Source: Paraspadella gotoi (taxonomy: Eukaryota; Animalia; Chaetognatha). Taken from it: a DNA stretch of 7,187 bases. The notes beneath the pieces were generated by a model. It had not been told where the DNA came from. It was given only the letters and a program-made list of their open reading frames with translations, and ran no database searches. Made by a program: the position numbers and the translations under genes. The stretch's first letter is position 1; every line of letters begins with the position of its first letter. The DNA lies in contig JBJCIZ010000683.1 of assembly GCA_051294375.1 (NCBI GenBank), forward strand, positions 1 to 7,187, written 5' to 3'. This document shows, piece after piece, positions 1-7,187 of the stretch.

Positions 1-198
1 TTTTTTTTTTTTTTTTTTTATTCTCAAATTACGAGAAAAACCCCGGCACATACTAATTGGTAATTATTACCAATACTAGCCAATGCTAATAAGACCGCAT
101 TAACTCGTGACCCGAAAACTTATTTTCAGGCAGCATGTCTGGTTCCCGAATGGCAGCAGCCAAAGATGCTCTGCTGCTGCTGCTCAAGAGTCTCCCCG
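1..198 (+). repeat. Direct duplicate (copy 1) of ~6215..6414: poly-T, intron 3' end and vWA exon start
   Basis: Colinear shared blocks: poly-T, tacgag..aaaaaccc, ttggtaattatt, accgcattaactc, gtgacc, ggcagcatgtc.ggttcc, ccaaag, ctcaagagtctccccg. Confidence 0.92.
130..198 (+). CDS. VWA5A: Partial exon of a VWA5A-like (VIT-vWA) gene, clean copy, truncated by the N gap; start of the vWA domain
   Basis: Follows the acceptor ttttcag (ending at 129). Read as a phase-1 exon, gc agc atg tct ggt tcc cga atg gca gca gcc aaa gat gct ctg ctg ctg ctg ctc aag agt ctc ccc gives (G)SMSGSRMAAAKDALLLLLKSLP. This matches the GSM...AK..LLLLLKSLP segment after the DRS motif in VWA5A-family proteins. It is not the frame shown in the ORF track. 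Confidence 0.85.
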
Positions 199-223
199 NN
201 NNNNNNNNNNNNNNNNNNNNNNN
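199..223. other. Assembly gap, 25 N
   Basis: Run of 25 n in the sequence. Confidence 0.99.
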
Positions 224-480
224 GCAGAAGAGAGAGAGCAGATGAGAGAGAGCGAAGAACAGCGTCAGAGCGACCAGCGTCAATCCGCCAACAGAGTTCA
301 TTCTCTTTCAGAGGACAATGTTCAATAACTTCAAATTAATATACACCAAGAGAGATAACGAACAGACAGTGTTTTAAAACGATCAGAGCAACAGACTCCA
401 GAGAGAGACAGAAGAGAGAAAGAGAAGAGCATAAACGACAAGAGAGACAGACGAAGAGAGATGAATACAGAGAAAAGCAA
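224..480. repeat. Degenerate GA/GACA-rich low-complexity tract
   Basis: Repeated gagagaga, gagagacaga and gaagagag units at ~227-260 and ~400-475. Confidence 0.65.
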
Positions 481-699
481 AAAGCTAGCCGAAAAGCCTT
501 GAGCAAAATTAGCTCTCAATTTTCTAATTCACTCTAATCCTAACTCGGTTCCAAGACATCATATGTCATGTTTTCAGTAAGGTTAAAATATATAAAAAAT
601 ATTTTAAGTGTTGAAATTGAAAAAGTTGATTTCTTAATATAGTTTTTTACATTCTTTAACACAGCCCTTCAATAAAGCAATTTGAAGAGCAACAAAGTA

Positions 700-977
700 A
701 TTAACTGATAAGTGTTAATGACAGAAGCGCACTTGGTCAATAAAGCAGTATCCCTGAGCTCGGATCAGGCCTGTAACACCAATGTTTACAGGGCGCGGCA
801 GCCATTAAGCCCCAAGAGTCCCCTACTTAACTGCCAGACGAAACCACCAGGCCTAGAACCCCGCACCTTTGGAGTTGGGACAAGGTGAGACATCGACTTC
901 CTCCAGCAGCCCGCCACCAACAAATGGCGCCAGCTGAGATACGGCATTGCGTGAAGATTTTAGCGATAACGACCAAC
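700..977 (-). CDS. Probable exon (possibly terminal) of an unidentified minus-strand gene; frame disrupted
   Basis: GC-rich island in AT-rich flanks. Minus-strand acceptor ttttttaaaaattctag (plus-strand ctag at 978-981). One frame reads LVVIAKIFTQCRISAGAICWWRAAGGSRCLTLSQLQRCGVLGLVVSSGS* and a later one SELRDTALLTKCASVINTYQL. No family recognised; the lower boundary is approximate. Confidence 0.4.
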
Positions 978-2423
978 CTAGAATTTTTAAAAAAAAGAAG
1001 TACATATACCTACTCTAAAAATTATAAAAATTTGTAATTTGAAATGAATTAGACCGTTATTATATACTATTACAAAATTGATATAAGAGATATTAGACTC
1101 CACACATTTTATACATTTTTCACACTCAACTACAATAGACTATAGATAGGTGTAGCGCAACGGACATAAAAACTCAGCTAACTAAAGCACACAAGAAAGC
1201 TGCCGTTAAGAAATTTGGCAATAAGCCACCTAGAATAAAATTTAAAAATTTTCAATAATAATGATATCACTATGAACAGACAAAAAATTTTACTAGATAC
1301 ATTCACTCCATACCCAATATATAAATTAATTTATAACGAGAAACAGAGAAGGGGAAGGACTCCTCGACAAACATCATATCATCTATCTCTCTTCCTTCTT
1401 CCTTCTCTGCCATTCAGGGCGTGAAACCATCTTCTCATCAACGCCTTTTCTTATTTAATTGTCTCCGCCTCTCAGTTTTCCTACTTTTCTATCAAAACAA
1501 AGGAACATAGCAATCTTATTAATCATTTTAATATAAGTAATAATGCATAATTTTCAAGAGGATACAACAATAAAACTATAATTTATTTAAAAAAATATCT
1601 TTATTTACCTGAAAGATAGACCTTTAACAGAAGGGGGAGCATAAAAAGTTTTGAAAAAAAGAGGAAAAAAAACCCCACACACGAAGCCACGAGACGCCAC
1701 CCCTATTGAATTCACTAAAGATAAGATTTCATAAAAGACTATATTATTTAATCGATAAATTGATGAAGAAAAAAGGAGAGAGGTATGTAGATGTTACAGA
1801 AATATTTAATAAGAAAAATACTCCTCCTTCGTTAAATAAGAATATTTCAAGAGAAAATAAGATTAAATATCCTGGTAATTATATGGAAGAAAAGGAAATA
1901 TCCCTCATCGTAATACGATATCTCAACTAAGCCGCGTTACTCGTCTCCTTTAACATTTCCCCTCTTAAACCACTCGCCGATCACGCTCTGTTTAAGATCA
2001 TTCTGTGTCGAGCTACTTTCATTGCAGTCAAACCTAAGGTAAAATGACTTTGTTCTTTGAATTTCCGTTAGCCTGTATTGGAACCGGAGCCACCTATTAC
2101 TTCGAGACTAGCTCTTTCTACAATGGAAATCTGGCAAACTGAGGGGTGATTATTCTCCAAAAGCTCGGTAAAGTCTTATATGTGAATGGGTTCTATTTAA
2201 ATTTTAAAGAGGAATATATTAAAAGCCAAAGCAGCGCCCAAGTAGATGTTAAACTTCTAGGAAGATTGCCCCAGAAACAAGTTACGAATAGGGCAAATAT
2301 GATGAAAATTTGTATCAACTGTTTGAAATGCAATCTCTATCATTGAAAATTATTATTGTGACTGTACAAGCCTTTCGAAAGCTCATCATAATCCTATAAC
2401 CTCCGCTCTCTCTCTATACTCAC

Positions 2424-2498
2424 TCATGTCTGCTTCTGCTCTGCTATTATTTTATATAAATCTTCGCCTGCGATTTGGAATAAATTACGATTCTTATT
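2424..2498 (-). CDS. Possible 75-nt internal exon of the unidentified minus-strand gene
   Basis: Minus-strand acceptor ttgtctctccag (ctg at 2499-2501) and donor gtgagt (actcac at 2418-2423). Reads NKNRNLFQIAGEDLYKIIAEQKQT then TGA, so an indel near the end must be assumed. Confidence 0.35.
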   Translation of the reverse strand, partial: NKNRNLFQIAGEDLYKIIAEQKQT

Positions 2499-3359
2499 CT
2501 GGAGAGACAATTGACAGTGTAAGTAGTGGCTTCGCCCAGTCTGGGTGAAACTCTACAATCGGAGGCCTACAAATTAGGTTAGACTAAACGTGCTCAACAA
2601 TGTTTTTACTGATTACAAATCTCCCACAAGGTCGATAGCTGCTCGCGTCGCAGACGAATAAAAAGTTAGCTCTAGAAGATTCATGCAGCAAAAGCGACAT
2701 GCCGAATCACAATTTTTTATCGAGGAACCATACTACATATAATGTTTAGCGCGCTCTTCGTAACGATCGTGAACGTAGTCGTCGTCGATCGTCCGTCCAC
2801 GCCATGTTCTTTTGTATATAAAAAGACTACTATGAGCGCAGTATTAGTATCTTAGCGTTGCGCCTGTGAAGAGGCGTGGAAAACTATAAGAAAAAAACAC
2901 CTTCGGTTTCTTTTGTAATTCATCACAAAATAGAGAATCATATGTTCTATATATAACTAAGACTGTGCCATATTTAAATATTACTGAATTTACATAAGCT
3001 TTTTATACAAATTAATATATCGATAGTTTTGACGAATACCATAAGCTTAAGTGTACCTTTGACAACAGAGGTCTAGATTTGCATGTCTATTGCTTAAGTG
3101 GCCAAGTTCGATTTCGAAAATACGGTCACTTCTCGCCTAAACTAACAAAGGATCTCGTTAACACAAATATCCATGCATCCTTAAATATATTCGGGCCATT
3201 GAGCCGAAGACGGAGAAGCTGATAAAAATTAAGGAGTAACAGTGTCAAAATTGTGAACACTAATTATGTAACAAAAAAATGCCTTATGGACAACAGCCCA
3301 TTGAAGTCTACATTCTGGAGACGATTAAAAATAACATTTATATAATTGTTAATACTTAC

Positions 3360-3566
3360 AAAATTATTATAAGGCAAAAACATCATACACGTATGATACA
3401 ACCAGAGATCAAAAAAATCGAGTCTCGGAATGATGAGTCCCGATCGCACTATGCGCAAAATAGACTGAGGATGGACAGACGCGTCATATATACCAATCTT
3501 ACGCCGATCGTATTTTTGTCTGTTGCGATGAGGCGACTCTATATAATAATCCAAATTAGCAGTGAT
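3360..3566 (-). CDS. Probable 207-nt exon of an unidentified minus-strand gene
   Basis: Bounded by acceptor tttcgacctag (ctag at 3567-3570) and donor gtaagt (acttac at 3354-3359). 69 open codons in phase 0: ITANLDYYIESPHRNRQKYDRRKIGIYDASVHPQSILRIVRSGLIIPRLDFFDLWLYHTCMMFLPYNNF (overlaps ORF 3264..3554). An upstream donor AAG|GTAAGC lies at 3676-3684. Confidence 0.42.
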
Positions 3567-4115
3567 CTAGGTCGAAATTTTTACTCCCGTACTAGAAACT
3601 GACTCCGTATCAATTGTCTTAAATTACTCTCTCACATACAAAACTCTGATAAAAATGATTTACCTAATTAATCATGCTTACCTTTTTGAAAAGCGTGTCA
3701 TAGAACAAACGACCGCCCCGCCGACGCCACAGTCTACTGTATTTTAACGTTTTCCGTGGCACGAAAAACAATCAAATCAACATTCTCATATTTCTAATAT
3801 CGTTTCATTTTTCAACGACTTTCTCCAGAATAAATGTCTTACGAACCTTTCGATTACCCCACAAAAATCGGTGTGCCTTGCTCTCGTCGTTTACCGTCCT
3901 TTCCCGCTTCAAGAAAGAATCGAAAAACGAGTAAAGTTTAGGACCTCTGATGGCTATTCAAATTGCTTATCGCTTGGTAACAAGTTTCAAGAATATGAAG
4001 CAAATTAACTGCATAATTGTATAAAAGTCAACTATACTATTTTATAAAATTAAAAATTTATAATATACCTTCAAAATTATAAAAATAATAATAAATTATA
4101 TACATCATATTGTAG

Positions 4116-4164
4116 CTGGTTACGGCACTCCTGTTCAGGCCTAATGATGAATCCGTCACAAAAG
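4116..4164 (+). CDS. VWA5A: Probable small N-terminal exon of the VWA5A-like gene
   Basis: Follows acceptor ttgtag (ending at 4115). With one 1-nt correction it reads GYGLLFRPNDESVTK, resembling the GLL motif just ahead of the VIT domain. It ends at aaag/tg and can join the next exon in phase 1 to give (A)LPITAV. Confidence 0.45.
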
Positions 4165-4282
4165 TGATCTGTAAAAGTCCGGTTAACTTTTCAGCAAAAT
4201 GAAATTAATTATTGTATATTCAGCACGTAATTTACAAGTTTAATGCCCTATACAACGCATACCAACAATCATCTCTTTCACG

Positions 4283-4434
4283 CATTGCCTATCACAGCGG
4301 TGACCCGCTGAAAGGATTGCACGCCGAAGTCCCGCAGCCGAGACTTCACTAACATGAAAGCTGATCGAAGGGGATAGGAAATCGTGGCTTTGTGAAAGCG
4401 AATTTTAACACGTTTCCGCTCGACGACGACAGCG
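4283..4434 (+). CDS. VWA5A: VWA5A-like exon, first part of the VIT domain (frameshifted in this sequence)
   Basis: Starts LPITAVT after a corrupted acceptor (tctctttcacg). Ends ttt ccg ctc gac gac gac agc g (4413-4434) = FPLDDDS(A), matching the VIT motif F.FP(L/M)DEDSAV. The donor is corrupted (ct in place of gt). Confidence 0.72.
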
Positions 4435-4805
4435 CTACAATTCCGTATCGCCCGAGCAGAGTGATCGGCTGAGAGAGATGTTGCAGCAATTATTCTTCTT
4501 GCTAATAATACGTCAGCTAAAGGAAGAAAACAACCAAAAAAGGCCTGCCTGTAATGGCAAAAAAAAAATATCATTATTAGCTGCTACAGGCAACGTTGTC
4601 CATAAAAAATTGATTATCCGATCAAGCATGCATCATTTGTTAAATTTCGCGTAAGTCGCGACTGCCTCTAGTTATGCCTCTGCCGGGCTTTTTCAGAAAT
4701 AACCATTCAATCTTGTTTTATTTATTATTTCATTAGTATTCTTATTTAATATTTACTCATTCACAACGGCCCCCCGCCTATCTTTCCTATCCCCCTCAAA
4801 TCTAG

Positions 4806-5137
4806 CCCGTCTATTCCTTCGAAACCCTCGTTCGAACGGCACGTGCAGAGACGGTGAGCCGAGAGTTACAGAAAAGATCTCGGCGCAAAGCGAAGAAACC
4901 CGTACTGACGCGCCGTCGCACGCCTTCCAGAGAGACGGCGTTTCTGCGAAGAGGTCCGCCAGACGAGCGGCGACGTGTTCCCGGTGTCGAGTCCGGAATC
5001 TTCCGCACGCCGGCTCAGTCGGTCGACGGCTAAACCACTCACCATCGCCTTCGTCGTCGATCTGCCCCGTCGACGAAAAGCACGGCGGCCGTCACCTTCA
5101 CGCTGCCCACACAGTTTCCTAAATCCGCCCATACGCG
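4806..5137 (+). CDS. VWA5A: VWA5A-like exon, main VIT domain (multiple frameshifts in this sequence)
   Basis: After acceptor tctag (4801-4805), fragments in shifting frames occur in the expected order: VYSFETLV, ELQK, AKK, TAFL, SGDVF, CRV.NLP, LTIAFVVDLP, AVTFTLPT, LNP.YA. Compare the VWA5A pattern AVYSFEA...ELQ.K...AFLL...DVFSC.VGNL.P...YVQELP...F.LP.VLNPRY. Confidence 0.85.
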
Positions 5138-5310
5138 TTGAGGGACGGCAACTTTGCTGCCACTGCTAATGCTGCTCCTGATGCCAGTTGCTGTTACTGT
5201 GAATTTTATTGTTGTTAACTGGTTCCCTTTACTTATTTTTCTTTTCCCCTTACCCAAGCTACGTGTCCCTCCGACTTTCCCCGCGCCTACCCACGCACCC
5301 TTCACCGCAG

Positions 5311-5475
5311 TCGTCCGACGTGCCGTCAATGGAAACCAAAATCCTACGGTATACAAATACAAACATAAAATCTCCTGCGCCCTACGACTTCTCGGTTTTC
5401 GTCTCGTTCGTCGACGACGTTTCTTTCCTTATTTTCAACATCCGAGTACGACTTTCGGGGACGACAGCGTCGAGG
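5311..5475 (+). CDS. VWA5A: VWA5A-like exon, linker after the VIT domain
   Basis: Acceptor ttcaccgcag ends at 5310 and donor gtgagc starts at 5476. 165 nt, open in phase 0: SSDVPSMETKILRYTNTNIKSPAPYDFSVFVSFVDDVSF... The PYDFS segment sits where VWA5A proteins have PY.(L/F)S after LNPRY. Confidence 0.65.
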
Positions 5476-5699
5476 GTGAGCTCATTCGTCGTCGTTCGTT
5501 GTTGCCTTACCAACTATATCTGTCTCTTAAACCCACACTTCCTATCTATATAGATTCGGCCACCACTCTCCTCTCATGCCATTCTTTCGTGATCCACACA
5601 TATCCGCGGCGAAGAACGATCTCCAATTGTAAACAATCCGACTCGCTAGATCCAATATTTCTTGCACTTCGTAAATCTGCTTCTATACGCATTCTTCTT

Positions 5700-5907
5700 A
5701 AACATTCGATACACGACCCTTCGCGTCCGCTCGTCCTAGACCGCGGCGATGGCGCCGGCGCGCATACTGGAGGCGGGGCGCCACGGAAACGGCGCCTAGA
5801 GGAAATCACGATGGCGGCCCTGGAATCTTTCAGGATTTGCGTCCGATAGGAGGTAGGGGCGCCGGTGTAAGAGCCAGAGTTTGTTGTTTTCTTCATCGAC
5901 AGATCGC
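5700..5907 (+). CDS. VWA5A: VWA5A-like exon, linker plus first vWA strand and DRS of the MIDAS motif (5' boundary uncertain, frameshifted)
   Basis: GC-rich block with fragments HDPSRPLVL, ILEAG and LEEITMAAL. It ends gag ttt gtt gtt ttc ttc atc gac aga tcg (5877-5906) = EFVVFFIDRS, matching the family EF(I/V)F(L/V)(I/M)DRSGSM motif. No intact GT donor follows. Confidence 0.75.
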
Positions 5908-6214
5908 ATGATGAAGTTGTATACACTAGTGTGACTTTAATATTTGTAAGAGAAAGTACGTAAATTTAAACATGTTCAGCCGCTCGCTATTTACTTTCTC
6001 TCTTTTCCGTTGTCCAACGTAGAAATAATGTAAGAAAACGTGCCTAACAGCGGGTGCTTTACCTTTTTTCAGCAGAGTGCCAACTACAACGCGATTTATT
6101 AATTCGAAAATTAGCCACATGTTCTTTTAGACTACCTGGCTGTGTTGCGAGTTCGCTCACTCACGCTTTTTTAGAATAACTTACAATCTTTTTCAATTTC
6201 GTTAATCTGTTGGA

Positions 6215-6414
6215 TTTTTTTTTTTTTAATCTAAATCTACGAGGAAAAACCCTCGGCAACATAACCAATTTTGGTAATTATTTAAAACCGCATTAACTCC
6301 GTGACCGCGAAATAACTTCTTTCATAGGGCAGCATGTCCGGTTCCGGCACATGCAGCTGCCCCAAAGCATGCTACTACTACGCCTATGCTGTGCTCGCCT
6401 CAAGAGTCTCCCCG
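6215..6414 (+). repeat. Direct duplicate (copy 2, indel-rich) of 1..198
   Basis: Same colinear blocks as 1..198, with many small insertions and lacking the 21 nt at 69..89. Confidence 0.92.
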
Positions 6415-6654
6415 TCTCCTCGGCGTCAAGACGTCGTCTCCTTCGGTTCGGGATTCCGGCTCCTTTTCCGTAGCGGAAGTCGAGCGTACTCGGCGGAGAC
6501 CCTCGACGAGGCGCTGCGGCTGCGGGAGGGCATGAGGGCGGACATGGGCGGGACGGAGATCTTGCGGCCGCTGAAGGAAGTGTTGAGGTCGGAGGCGAAG
6601 GGGCCGAGGCAGGTGTTCCTGCTCACCGACGGAGAAGTCGAAGACACGAATCGG
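6329..6654 (+). CDS. VWA5A: VWA5A-like exon, core of the vWA domain
   Basis: 6329..6429 is a frameshifted GSMSGS...KSLP.LGVK. 6430..6654 is clean: DVVSFGSGFRLLFRSGSRAYSAETLDEALRLREGMRADMGGTEILRPLKEVLRSEAKGPRQVFLLTDGEVEDTNR, with the FGS, AD(M/L)GGTEIL.PL and RQ.F..TDGEV motifs typical of VWA5A/PARP4-type vWA domains. Donor gtgaga at 6655-6660, phase 0. Confidence 0.92.
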
Positions 6655-6656
6655 GT

Positions 6657-6676
6657 GAGAGAGAAAGAGAGAGAGA
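6657..6676. repeat. Short imperfect (GA)n microsatellite at the intron start
   Basis: gagagagaaagagagagaga. Confidence 0.75.
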
Positions 6677-6696
6677 TATTTTATCTCATTAATCAC

Positions 6697-6956
6697 NNNN
6701 NNNNNNNNNNNNNNNNNNNNNNNNNNNNNNNNNNNNNNNNNNNNNNNNNNNNNNNNNNNNNNNNNNNNNNNNNNNNNNNNNNNNNNNNNNNNNNNNNNNN
6801 NNNNNNNNNNNNNNNNNNNNNNNNNNNNNNNNNNNNNNNNNNNNNNNNNNNNNNNNNNNNNNNNNNNNNNNNNNNNNNNNNNNNNNNNNNNNNNNNNNNN
6901 NNNNNNNNNNNNNNNNNNNNNNNNNNNNNNNNNNNNNNNNNNNNNNNNNNNNNNNN
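6697..6956. other. Assembly gap, 260 N
   Basis: Run of n, with simple repeats nearby on both sides. Confidence 0.99.
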
Positions 6957-6995
6957 AAAGAAAGAAAGAAAGAAAGAAAGAGAGAAAGAAAGAAA
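6957..6995. repeat. (AAAG)n microsatellite
   Basis: aaagaaagaaagaaagaaagaaagagagaaagaaagaaa directly after the gap. Confidence 0.9.
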
Positions 6996-7187
6996 ATAAC
7001 GAACTATTAATTTTTTTTTATAAACACTTAAGTCTAAAAAATTCTTTAAACATTCAGTTTTTATTCGCTAAAATTATTTTCGTTTAGAACTTCAAAAACT
7101 CTACATTTAATTCAATAAATCCCGTGAGTCTCAACCTTTGGCACCCTAAAGGGCGTGGCACGCGCGGGGCGTGGCAAAGCCATCTTC

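Noticed and set aside
86-519. Short ORFs 86..301, 107..328 and 331..519
   Set aside because: They span the N gap or derive from GA-rich low-complexity sequence; the real coding frame at 130..198 is a different one.
1706-2346. Plus-strand ORFs 1706..1930 and 2146..2346
   Set aside because: Short, with non-ATG starts, AT-driven K/N/I composition and no recognisable motifs.
2815-2825. TATA-like tatataaaaag on the plus strand
   Set aside because: No plus-strand gene start lies at a suitable distance, and such motifs are common in AT-rich DNA.
4811-5362. Arg-rich and antisense ORFs over the VIT exon
   Set aside because: These are shadow frames of a GC-rich exon. Only LTIAFVVDLP in ORF 4975..5169 belongs to the real protein.
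5154-5849. 231-aa ORF with a hydrophobic, signal-like N-terminus
   Set aside because: It begins in a ctg/ttg-rich intron, crosses the 5311..5475 exon out of frame, and shares only fragments with the real 5700..5907 exon.
199-6414. Transposon inserted in the vWA exon, flanked by long direct repeats
   Set aside because: The ~200-nt repeats are host intron and exon sequence, far too long for a target-site duplication. The interior holds the gene's own upstream exons, and I saw no transposase, reverse transcriptase or terminal inverted repeats.
6334-6999. 221-aa ORF as a complete protein
   Set aside because: The ATG is the internal Met of GSM, the first ~32 residues are mostly frameshift noise, and everything after 6654 is intron, N gap and AAAG repeat.
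1-7187. Prokaryotic VIT-vWA operon, CRISPR array, tRNA or rRNA
   Set aside because: The gene is interrupted by spliceosomal-type introns and microsatellites. I saw no repeat-spacer periodicity or structured-RNA signature.

Overview
Eukaryotic genomic DNA, probably from an invertebrate animal: AT-rich short introns, GC-rich exons, GA/AAAG microsatellites and two N gaps. The main content is the 5' half of a spliced plus-strand VWA5A-like gene (VIT domain plus von Willebrand A domain). Six exons can be traced between ~4116 and 6654, and all five MIDAS residues are present. The ORF track largely misses the gene because 224..~6429 is full of small indels, which looks more like uncorrected long-read sequence than real decay. 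Bases 1..198 are a cleaner second copy of the intron end and vWA exon start found at ~6215..6414, and they end at a 25-N gap. This most likely reflects redundant gap-filling, though a tandem paralog or second haplotype is possible. Between ~700 and ~3740, minus-strand splice signals suggest one or two unidentified multi-exon genes head-to-head with the VWA5A-like gene. I found no support for a new biological system, mobile element, CRISPR array or RNA gene. Family assignments are from motif recognition, not database searches.
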